Assembly: GCA_964385855.1 (NCBI GenBank)
Contig: CAYLSR010000001.1
Coordinates: 1-46,884 of the forward strand
Source of the DNA: an uncultured Mogibacterium sp.
Lineage (GTDB): Bacteria > Bacillota > Clostridia > Peptostreptococcales > Anaerovoracaceae
Length of the DNA: 46,884 bases
Direction of reading: 5' to 3'
Shown here: piece by piece, positions 1-7,344 of the stretch
How positions within the stretch are numbered: the stretch's first letter is position 1
Layout: the number at the start of each line of letters is the position of its first letter
The notes under the pieces: generated by a model
The model's database searches: none
What the model saw: only the letters and a program-made list of their open reading frames with translations
What the model was told of the DNA's origin: nothing
Made by a program: the position numbers and the translations under genes

Positions 1-368
1 TGAAGATGTTCGCGTCGCTCTTCGCGGGTGAGACCGGACTGACGCTCGAGGATCTCGGCTTTGCTTCCGGAAATCCGGCAAGTTCTGACGCGATCAAGGC
101 GGCGCACGAGAACATGAGGCTTCGAGCGAGAGCCGCGCAGCGCTCCTTCGGCTCCGGATTCCTGAATGCCGGATATCTGGCGGCATGCCTCCGGGATGAT
201 TTTGCCTACCAGCGGAGGGTAGTCTACATGACCACGCCGAAGTGGGAGCCAATCTTCGAACCGGATGCGGCTGCGCTCTCCGGCATTGGCGATGCAGCCA
301 TAAAGCTGCAGCAGTCCTTCCCGGACTACTTCACTGACGACAAACTGAAAGATTTGACTGGTATCTGA
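1..368 (+). CDS. Phage portal protein, C-terminal fragment (SPP1 gp6-like); 5' end outside the window
   Basis: The frame is open from the window edge. The C-terminal sequence (GNPASSDAIKAAHENMRLRARAAQRSFGSGF...) resembles SPP1-type portal C-termini. It sits immediately upstream of a MuF-like gene. Confidence 0.65.
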   Translation, partial: KMFASLFAGETGLTLEDLGFASGNPASSDAIKAAHENMRLRARAAQRSFGSGFLNAGYLAACLRDDFAYQRRVVYMTTPKWEPIFEPDAAALSGIGDAAIKLQQSFPDYFTDDKLKDLTGI

Positions 369-369
369 T

Positions 370-804
370 ATGAGCGACGTCGCACCGGAACTGTACAAGA
401 AAATTAAGAATGAGTTCGAGACGAGAATGTCGGTGGATCCATTCATCCGAACATTTCGAAAGAAACTGGAGGATGAGAAGGCCTCTGCAGAGGACGTTTC
501 GAATTACGCCAGGCGTGTCGGCGAATGCGCCTCTGCAGCCATGACCAGCGTTCTTAAGGAGGAGAATCTTCCGGATGGGAGATTGTACTGGAATATTGCC
601 GATCGAACGATCAAACCGATCTTTATCGAGGCTCACAAGCTGATCAATGAGGCGGCTGCCGCTGTTCAGATGGTCGAGGATCGGAAGTTGGGGATCAACC
701 TGAAGCCGATTGAGGCAGGCTTCCCAGAAGAGAGAGTACATGCGCTGATCAATAAGCTCGTCAATGAAATTGAAGCGCTGGGAGACGAAGATGGGGAAGA
801 CTAA
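370..804 (+). CDS. Hypothetical phage head-module protein (144 aa, acidic C-terminus)
   Basis: ATG at 370 lies 1 nt after the portal stop. The ORF has coding-like composition. No family recognised. Confidence 0.55.
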   Translation: MSDVAPELYKKIKNEFETRMSVDPFIRTFRKKLEDEKASAEDVSNYARRVGECASAAMTSVLKEENLPDGRLYWNIADRTIKPIFIEAHKLINEAAAAVQMVEDRKLGINLKPIEAGFPEERVHALINKLVNEIEALGDEDGED

Positions 805-1609
805 CGAGCTGATCAACAGGTTCCTCGGCGAGCCGGCGCGTAACCTGATGCATGCCATGTATGATGATTACGTAGAAGCGAATGTCAGATTCCGGAGTAA
901 AGCCGGAGTAAAAACGTTCATCATCCGCAGGCAGGTCGCAAAGTGCTGTGAATGGTGTGCAAACCTTGCAGGTATCTATGATTATGATTCCGCACCTAGG
1001 GATATCTACCGGAGACATGATAACTGCAAATGCATGGTCACGTTCCGGAATGAGAAAGGTGTGTATACTGATGTCTGGTCGAAAATGGAATTCACCACCC
1101 AAAAAGAAGCCAGACGAGCCAGAATAGTGGAGATAGCGAAAGCTGTTGAAAGCGGGAACAAAAATGATATAATTAATAAAAAACTGGGGCGTATCAGAAA
1201 ACCGCCAAAGCCAGAAACTGTCACCTATGGCACTCCTCTGCGAAGATCCGTTGGAGCCAGGTCAATAGACGACCTCTATGTTGAGAATCCATTTACTGGA
1301 GAAAAGATCGAGTTTGTTCCTGGCGAAAGGCCAATATATCCGCGCGACCACCTTCTTGCAGGAAAAGGTTCTAAAAAGAAAATCAAGATTATTGATTATC
1401 TTTTGGAGACTTATGGAGGAGAATGGAAAGAGTGGAAGCATGAAAAAGCATACTATATAGCAAAGGATGAGTATGGCTATGAGGCGTATGTAGAGATACA
1501 TTGGTTTGAATGCAAAGGGGTTTTAGGACAAATTGATGCATATGCAGCAGTAAGAGATGACGAGGTTTTCTTTTACGATATTGAGGAATGGGAAAGCAGA
1601 TGGAAGTGA
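791..1609 (+). CDS. Minor head protein, MuF / SPP1 gp7 family, with a ~170-aa C-terminal extension of unknown (toxin-like?) function
   Basis: Carries the Cys motif typical of the MuF domain (CCEWC...HDNCKC). Its position after the portal fits this family. ATG 791 is preferred, with ATG 764 as an alternative. The C-terminal half is encoded by visibly AT-richer DNA. Confidence 0.75.
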   Translation: MGKTNELINRFLGEPARNLMHAMYDDYVEANVRFRSKAGVKTFIIRRQVAKCCEWCANLAGIYDYDSAPRDIYRRHDNCKCMVTFRNEKGVYTDVWSKMEFTTQKEARRARIVEIAKAVESGNKNDIINKKLGRIRKPPKPETVTYGTPLRRSVGARSIDDLYVENPFTGEKIEFVPGERPIYPRDHLLAGKGSKKKIKIIDYLLETYGGEWKEWKHEKAYYIAKDEYGYEAYVEIHWFECKGVLGQIDAYAAVRDDEVFFYDIEEWESRWK

Positions 1610-1818
1610 CAAGAGTAAGATATATTGCAGATAAACCATCTGCTTTTTTTCAAAAGGGATTACAGTATGAGGCTTTTCGCGCAAAAAACGATGGCCGAGG
1701 TTTGTTTTGGTGTTTTCATTTCGAAGAAGATGACGATCGTATGGCTCGAGGATTTTCAGCTCATTTGTTTGAAATAGTACCAGATGATGAGATATCGGGA
1801 GAACCAACCAGATTGTGA
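1600..1818 (+). CDS. Small acidic protein (72 aa), candidate immunity/partner protein for the MuF C-terminal domain
   Basis: ATG 1600 overlaps the MuF stop (1607-1609), with GAGGAA upstream. The ORF is followed by a terminator. No family recognised. Confidence 0.4.
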   Translation: MEVTRVRYIADKPSAFFQKGLQYEAFRAKNDGRGLFWCFHFEEDDDRMARGFSAHLFEIVPDDEISGEPTRL

Positions 1819-1833
1819 CAGTTCGATGGCTAT

Positions 1834-1860
1834 CAGCGGGCTGGTGCCCGCTGTTTTGTT
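1834..1860 (+). terminator. Rho-independent terminator
   Basis: Stem CAGCGGGC / GCCCGCTG with loop TGGT, followed by TTTTGTT. Confidence 0.6.
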
Positions 1861-1885
1861 GCAGAAATCTCTGCAGAGGGAGAAG

Positions 1886-2107
1886 ATGACAATGGAGAAA
1901 AACAGATTTTATGACAAGGCCGTCTGGATGCTCAAACAGTGCGGGCAGTCTCTGATCGACAATGCAGAGGTCATCGCCGGCGGTTATCAGTTGCAGACGG
2001 GTGATTTGGACATCACGATCACGATCAACGACAAAGAGGCTCCATACATCAGGGTCAATCAGGAGTTCTTTCCAGAAGGATTTCTCTCCGGATATCCTGA
2101 CAAATAG
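1886..2107 (+). CDS. Hypothetical protein (73 aa) bracketed by two terminators
   Basis: ATG 1886 is preceded by GAGGGAGAAG. The longer ORF from 1784 would contain the terminator hairpin. Confidence 0.4.
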   Translation: MTMEKNRFYDKAVWMLKQCGQSLIDNAEVIAGGYQLQTGDLDITITINDKEAPYIRVNQEFFPEGFLSGYPDK

Positions 2108-2148
2108 CGTGCACCTTTCGCGTGAACATGCATAATACAGACGATTAA

Positions 2149-2176
2149 AGCACTACCATCCCGGCAGTGCTTTTTT
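2149..2176 (+). terminator. Rho-independent terminator
   Basis: Stem AGCACTACC / GGCAGTGCT (one mismatch) followed by TTTTTT. Confidence 0.6.
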
Positions 2177-2216
2177 AATGGCAACGCGTGCCTTAAACGC
2201 GGGATCAGGAGGGGAT

Positions 2217-3647
2217 ATGGCAGAGCCAAGATTTGGACGCCAGACCCCTACAAGCTCCGTTGTAATTCCGTACACCGAAACTCTTGGAGAAAGAGCCATC
2301 GAGCTCTACCGGCGGACCGGAAGGGATCCGCAACCGTGGCAGGAGGCACTGATCTATGACATAAGAGCGATAGATGAAGACGACCTGTTCGTCCACAGTA
2401 AATTCGGCTACGAGGTGCCGAGGCGGAACGGCAAGGGCGAGATCATCACGATCATCGAACTGGATGATCTGTTCGCCGGCCGGAGCGTCCTGCACACGGC
2501 CCACAGGACGACGACATCATCCTCTGCGGCGCTGCGTCTGGCGACGCTCCTGAAGGATATGGGATATCAGGAGATCCAGCGCGTCAGCAGGGATGAGGTC
2601 TATACACAGTCATATTCGTATGCGAAACAGTTCGGCCTTGAGCGGATCAGACTGCTTGACACAGGAGGCTCGGTCAGCTTCCGGACGAGGACCGCGAAGG
2701 GCGGTCTGGGTGAAGGCTTCGACACGCTGATCATCGATGAAGCGCAGGAATACACGGAGGACCAGCAGAGTTCTCTGCAGTATGTCGTTTCGGACAGCAT
2801 GAATCCGCAGACGATCCTGTGCGGGACACCGCCGACGATGGTCTCCTCCGGTACGATCTTCCCGAAGCTTCGGATGGACTGCCTGAACGGCAAGACCGAA
2901 GACACCGGCTGGGCGGAATGGTCCACGGAACACATGGCTGATGTCAACGATGTGGATCTGTGGTATGAATGTAATCCGGCGATGGGATATCAGCTGAACG
3001 AGAGGAAGATCCGGGCGGAGGACAAGTCTGACGAACTGGACTTCAACATCCAGCGTCTCGGCTACTGGTCGAAGAACAATCTCAAGTCCGAGATCTCCAT
3101 TTCAGAGTGGGACGCTCTGAAGTGCGAGAGACCTCCGGATATCTCACACCGGCTATATGTCGGAATCAAATACGGCAAGACTTCCGCGTCACTCTCAGTT
3201 GCCTCGAAGACAGAAGACGGCAGGATCTTCTTTGAGACGATCGACTGTCAGTCTGTCCGTAACGGAAACGACTGGATCGTGAGGCTCCTGACCGCGATGT
3301 CGCCGGAAGTCGTCGTGATCGACGGCTCCGGAGCGCAGAACATCCTGAAGGCCGAGCTGGAGCAGAACCGGATCAGGAACGTCATTCTGCCGACTGTCAA
3401 GGAAGTCATCATTGCGAATGCCAAGTTCGAGCAGCTCCTGTATGGGCAGGAGATCTGCCACATGGGACAGCCGTCCCTGCGTCAGGTCGCGACGAACTGT
3501 GAGAAGCGGGCGATCGGGTCCAATGGAGGATTCGGGTACCGGGCGCAGTTCGATCAGATGGAAATCGGACTCCTCGACTCCGCGATCCTGGCGATCTGGC
3601 AATGCTCCGAGGGCAAGGAGAAACGGAAGCAACGAATCAGTTATTAA
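2217..3647 (+). CDS. terL: Terminase large subunit
   Basis: Walker A-like PRRNGKGE and Walker B-like TLIIDEAQE, with a C-terminal nuclease-like half. AGGAGG lies upstream of ATG 2217. The ORF track start at 2178 sits directly on the terminator T-run. Confidence 0.85.
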   Translation: MAEPRFGRQTPTSSVVIPYTETLGERAIELYRRTGRDPQPWQEALIYDIRAIDEDDLFVHSKFGYEVPRRNGKGEIITIIELDDLFAGRSVLHTAHRTTTSSSAALRLATLLKDMGYQEIQRVSRDEVYTQSYSYAKQFGLERIRLLDTGGSVSFRTRTAKGGLGEGFDTLIIDEAQEYTEDQQSSLQYVVSDSMNPQTILCGTPPTMVSSGTIFPKLRMDCLNGKTEDTGWAEWSTEHMADVNDVDLWYECNPAMGYQLNERKIRAEDKSDELDFNIQRLGYWSKNNLKSEISISEWDALKCERPPDISHRLYVGIKYGKTSASLSVASKTEDGRIFFETIDCQSVRNGNDWIVRLLTAMSPEVVVIDGSGAQNILKAELEQNRIRNVILPTVKEVIIANAKFEQLLYGQEICHMGQPSLRQVATNCEKRAIGSNGGFGYRAQFDQMEIGLLDSAILAIWQCSEGKEKRKQRISY

Positions 3648-3649
3648 GA

Positions 3650-3675
3650 AGCAGGCAGCCATGCCTGCTGTTTTA
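3650..3675 (+). terminator. Possible terminator/attenuator hairpin after terL
   Basis: Stem GCAGGCA / TGCCTGC with a 4-nt loop, followed by GTTTT. Confidence 0.4.
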
Positions 3676-3721
3676 ATAAGCAAAATCACGTGACTACAAC
3701 GGTAAAGTAGGGAGGTAAAAC

Positions 3722-4174
3722 ATGGCATTTCAGGTAATTGAAACACAGGAACAGCTGGACGCGATCGTCGGAGAACGTGTGGCCAGAGCGAAGGACGCCG
3801 CAAGGAAGGAGTTCGAAGGCTGGATCTCACCGGAAGATCTGACGAAGCAGACAGACGACCTCAACAGTAAGATCAAGACGCTGACCGACGCAAAGGCAGC
3901 GCTTGAGACACAGCTGACGGAGAAGGACGGAAAGATCGCGAAATACGAGACCGACTCGGTAAAAACGAAGATCGCGAGAGAGTTCGGACTTTCCTATGAA
4001 GCAATCGGCTTCCTCCAGGGCGAGGATGAGGAGACGATCCGCAAGAGCGCAGAGTCGCTGAAGAGTCTCGTCGGTGGAAGCAAGGTGCCGCCGCTCAGAA
4101 ATCCGGAGACGCCTCCGGAAGAGGACGGAGTGGTGGCCGCATTCAGGAAGATGAATCCTAAGATCAAATTGTAA
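3722..4174 (+). CDS. Capsid scaffolding protein (DUF4355-like)
   Basis: 150-aa, coiled-coil-rich, acidic protein directly upstream of the major capsid gene. GGGAGG RBS present. Confidence 0.72.
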   Translation: MAFQVIETQEQLDAIVGERVARAKDAARKEFEGWISPEDLTKQTDDLNSKIKTLTDAKAALETQLTEKDGKIAKYETDSVKTKIAREFGLSYEAIGFLQGEDEETIRKSAESLKSLVGGSKVPPLRNPETPPEEDGVVAAFRKMNPKIKL

Positions 4175-4186
4175 GGAGGAAAAACA

Positions 4187-5023
4187 ATGGCACAGGATGC
4201 AAACAAGAGAGAAGTCTATTCGAGCATCGTAGACGCGAAGCTCAGAGCAAATTCCGTATTCGCGGGCATTTTCAACCAGAAGCATGACGGAGATCCGGCT
4301 GCGGGCGCGGTCAAGATCCCGGTGAGAGCAGAAGCAACCGTAGGGGCTTACACAACTGCGACCGGCGGCACGCTGACCAATCCGACCACGACCTACCAGG
4401 CTATGATCTGCGACAATGACTACTATGTCAACGAGCTGATCGACGGCTTCATGGCCGCTGCGGTTCCGGACGGCATGATCGCCGAGAGACTCGACTCTGC
4501 CGGCTACGCGCTGGCGAACAAGGTCGACGAGGTCCTTGCGGCTGCGCTGATCTCCGGTGGTACCGCATCCAGTGATACTACTGCGCTCACAAAAGCGAAC
4601 GTCTACGAGAAGATCGTTGATGACATCACGACCGTCAAGAAGGCGAAGGTCGATCCGAGCAAGATCTGGCTGGCTGTCACTTCTGACACTTATGCGAAGC
4701 TGATCCAGTCCAGCGAGTTCGTCGCGGCTGTCGCGAACGTCGGTGAGCTGGAAGCGGGTCTCGTCGGCAGGCTGGCGGGGGTTCCGGTCTATGAGGCTAT
4801 CAATCTGAACGGACAGACGACCGGCAGCGGCGCCAGCCAGAAGACGGTCGACTACGTGGTCGGAAATGGCGACTTCTGCCACTTCGTCGAGGCATGGTCC
4901 GTACCGGTCGGCGTTTATGATCTGGCGGACGGAGCGCATATCGGATGCTCTGCTGTTCAGGGCAGGAAGGCGTTTGGCTACAAGATCACCCAGGCGACCT
5001 CGGTCATCTATCATAACGCTTAA
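4187..5023 (+). CDS. Major capsid protein
   Basis: 278-aa protein after the scaffold gene, with a strong RBS (AAGGAGG). The sequence is typical of small HK97-fold-like capsid proteins of Firmicutes phages. Confidence 0.82.
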   Translation: MAQDANKREVYSSIVDAKLRANSVFAGIFNQKHDGDPAAGAVKIPVRAEATVGAYTTATGGTLTNPTTTYQAMICDNDYYVNELIDGFMAAAVPDGMIAERLDSAGYALANKVDEVLAAALISGGTASSDTTALTKANVYEKIVDDITTVKKAKVDPSKIWLAVTSDTYAKLIQSSEFVAAVANVGELEAGLVGRLAGVPVYEAINLNGQTTGSGASQKTVDYVVGNGDFCHFVEAWSVPVGVYDLADGAHIGCSAVQGRKAFGYKITQATSVIYHNA

Positions 5024-5044
5024 TACGTCAGGAGGTGGCTCCTG

Positions 5045-5446
5045 ATGTCAAATTACGCGACAACTGAAGATGTGGCTCTCCTGTGGCGGTCAATGACACA
5101 GGATGAAGCCACCCGTGCAGAGGCGCTGATCCCGGTCGTCTGCGATTCGCTCCGAATGGAGGCGATCAAGGTCGGGAAGGATCTCGACGCGATGATCGAA
5201 GCTCAGCCGGTCCTCGCTTCTGTGGCGAAATCCGTCACAGTGGATGTTGTCGCCAGGACTCTCATGACATCAACAGACTCAGAGCCGATGACGCAGATGT
5301 CCGAGTCGGCTCTGGGCTACTCCTCATCCGGGACTTTCCTTGTCCCGGGAGGAGGCTTGTTCATCAAGAGGAGTGAACTGGCGAGGCTGGGACTTACAAG
5401 GCAAAGAATCGGGGTGATCGACTTATGGCCAGACTCAGAGGAATAA
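5045..5446 (+). CDS. Head-tail connector protein (gp6-like)
   Basis: Position and size fit this role. The N-terminus (YATTEDVALLWRSMT..EA.RAEALI) is typical of gp6-like connector proteins. Confidence 0.65.
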   Translation: MSNYATTEDVALLWRSMTQDEATRAEALIPVVCDSLRMEAIKVGKDLDAMIEAQPVLASVAKSVTVDVVARTLMTSTDSEPMTQMSESALGYSSSGTFLVPGGGLFIKRSELARLGLTRQRIGVIDLWPDSEE

Positions 5447-5772
5447 CCGTCACGCTGTATGACCGCACTGAGACCGGCCGGGACAGGCTGAATCATCCTG
5501 TCTATGAGCTCACTCCCGTTGAGGTCGACAACGTCCTCGTGGCTCCAATGTCCAGCACGGAGGTCCTGGAGACTTACAATCTGACCGGACGCAGAGCCGC
5601 GTACCAGATGGCGATCCCGAAGGGCGACGCGCACGACTGGTCCGCAGGCAAGAAGGTCAGATTCTTCGGCCACGACTGGAGGATCATCGCGATCCCGACA
5701 GAGGGCATAGAGGATCTGATCCCGCTCAGCTGGAACAAAAAGGTTCAGGTAGAACTCTATGAGCAGGGCTAG
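5425..5772 (+). CDS. Head closure / head-tail adaptor protein
   Basis: 115 aa, overlaps the previous gene, and occupies the canonical position. Confidence 0.6.
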   Translation: MARLRGITVTLYDRTETGRDRLNHPVYELTPVEVDNVLVAPMSSTEVLETYNLTGRRAAYQMAIPKGDAHDWSAGKKVRFFGHDWRIIAIPTEGIEDLIPLSWNKKVQVELYEQG

Positions 5773-5782
5773 GAGGTAAGGA

Positions 5783-6109
5783 ATGATTGAAACAACGATT
5801 CTGGATTACCTCATGGAGAATCTTGATGTTCCGGTCGGCTATGAGGCCGCTGAAGACACACGTGTGGTCCTGGAGAAGACTGGAAGTTCCCGTTCGAATT
5901 TCATTATCTCTTCGACCTTCGCGGTACAGTCTTACGGCGACTCCATGCTCGAGGCGATGGAACTCAACGAGGTGGTGAAGAGCGTGATGACCGGGCTCAT
6001 CTCACTTCCCGAGGTGACGCGGGTCACACTCGACACGGACTATAACTTTACAGACGCACAGACGAAGCGGTATCGCTATCAGGCTGTGTACACCATTACA
6101 CACTACTAG
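5783..6109 (+). CDS. Tail completion / neck protein
   Basis: 108 aa, preceded by a GGAGG RBS, and located between the adaptor and the major tail protein. Confidence 0.5.
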   Translation: MIETTILDYLMENLDVPVGYEAAEDTRVVLEKTGSSRSNFIISSTFAVQSYGDSMLEAMELNEVVKSVMTGLISLPEVTRVTLDTDYNFTDAQTKRYRYQAVYTITHY

Positions 6110-6124
6110 AAAGGAGCAGCATAA

Positions 6125-6679
6125 ATGGCTACAACTGCTACAAACGTAACTGCAGGCAAGCCGATGGTCGGCGGCGCAGTGCATTGGGCTCCGACAGGTA
6201 CTGCTATCCCGACGGATGCTTCCGCAGCCCTTGCAGAAGCTTTTGTTGATATGGGATATATCAGTGAAGACGGAGTGACGAACTCAGATGAACGTGAGTC
6301 CGAAGAGATCAAGGATTGGGGCGGTAATACTGTTCTGACGCTTCAGACCGGCAAGACTGACACCTTTGGCATGACATTCATTGAGGCTCTGAATGTGGAT
6401 GTTCTGAAACGAATCTATGGTTCCGATAATGTCAGCGGAACTCTTGCGACGGGGATCACCGTCAGAGCGAATGCTGACGAACTGGAAACCGGCGTGTGGG
6501 TCATCGACATGATCATGACTGAAGGTGCTAAGAAGCGCATCGTCATTCCTGCAGGTAAGATCACCGAGACCGAGGAGATCACTTACGCGAGCGGTGAAGC
6601 TGTCGGATATGGGGTCACGATCACCGCGTTCCCGGGATCCGATGGAGATTCGCATAAGGAATATATCATCAGAGCTTGA
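6125..6679 (+). CDS. Major tail protein
   Basis: 184 aa, preceded by an AAAGGAG RBS, and located directly before the chaperone pair and the tape measure. Confidence 0.75.
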   Translation: MATTATNVTAGKPMVGGAVHWAPTGTAIPTDASAALAEAFVDMGYISEDGVTNSDERESEEIKDWGGNTVLTLQTGKTDTFGMTFIEALNVDVLKRIYGSDNVSGTLATGITVRANADELETGVWVIDMIMTEGAKKRIVIPAGKITETEEITYASGEAVGYGVTITAFPGSDGDSHKEYIIRA

Positions 6680-6693
6680 TCAGGAGGTAAATC

Positions 6694-6960
6694 ATGCTGA
6701 GAGGAAAAACAAAATCAGGATTTGAGTTTGAACTCGATGAATCCATTGCGGATGACATGGAGTTTCTTGAGGCGCTCGCAGAGGCGCAGGATGACGCTGT
6801 CAGATTCCCGGCGCTGATCGAGCGACTCCTCGGGAAAGAGCAGAAGAAAGCTTTTTATGCGCATATCAGAGGAGATGGAAAGCGCGTGCCGATCCAGGCA
6901 ACGATTGATGAGTTCACCGAGATCATGACTGTCGCGGGAGAACAGACAAAAAACTCCTGA
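6694..6960 (+). CDS. Tail assembly chaperone (gpG-like, zero-frame product)
   Basis: 88-aa acidic protein between the major tail gene and the tape measure. It ends just after a slippery heptamer. Confidence 0.75.
   Translation: MLRGKTKSGFEFELDESIADDMEFLEALAEAQDDAVRFPALIERLLGKEQKKAFYAHIRGDGKRVPIQATIDEFTEIMTVAGEQTKNS
6948..6954 (+). promoter_or_regulatory. Programmed -1 ribosomal frameshift slippery heptamer A_AAA_AAC
   Basis: In the zero frame the codons read aca-AAA-AAC-tcc-tga. The -1 frame starting at 6954 is open and runs straight into ORF 6972-7328. Confidence 0.7.
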
Positions 6961-7328
6961 TCCTCGCCGGCATGATGGCTGCTGACCGGTCCGCTTGGAT
7001 ATGTGACATGGCAGAAACATACGGTATTTACGACTACAGGTCGCTGCCGGTTCAGACGGTGGCGACCTTATCTGCCGGTTTGAGGAATAACTCACGGATC
7101 AAGTGCAGGCTGAACGGGACACCAATATATGACATTGGGACATTGATCGGGTATGTCTACGACAAACTGAATGATGTCCTCCTGTTCCTGGGAGCCTACG
7201 ACAAAACTCCGGAATCAATGGTCTCAAAGATCACAGGTGCACCGGATGAAAGAAAAAAGAAGTATAACCCGATCAGATCCTTTGCATCTCCGGAGGATTT
7301 CGAGAGGGCGCTTAGCAGGTTCAGCTGA
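6954..7328 (+). CDS. Tail assembly chaperone -1 frame extension (gpT-like part of a G-T fusion)
   Basis: The frame is open from the slip site to 7328. There is no convincing independent RBS for ATG 6972. This arrangement is conserved in siphoviruses. Confidence 0.62.
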   Translation, partial: LLILAGMMAADRSAWICDMAETYGIYDYRSLPVQTVATLSAGLRNNSRIKCRLNGTPIYDIGTLIGYVYDKLNDVLLFLGAYDKTPESMVSKITGAPDERKKKYNPIRSFASPEDFERALSRFS

Positions 7329-7344
7329 CACGGAGGTGTAGATT

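Noticed and set aside
3827-5014. 395-aa ORF on the minus strand
   Set aside because: It is antisense to the well-supported scaffold and major capsid genes. The product is Arg/Leu/Asp-rich and low in complexity, as is typical of the reverse frame of GC-rich coding DNA. There is no RBS.
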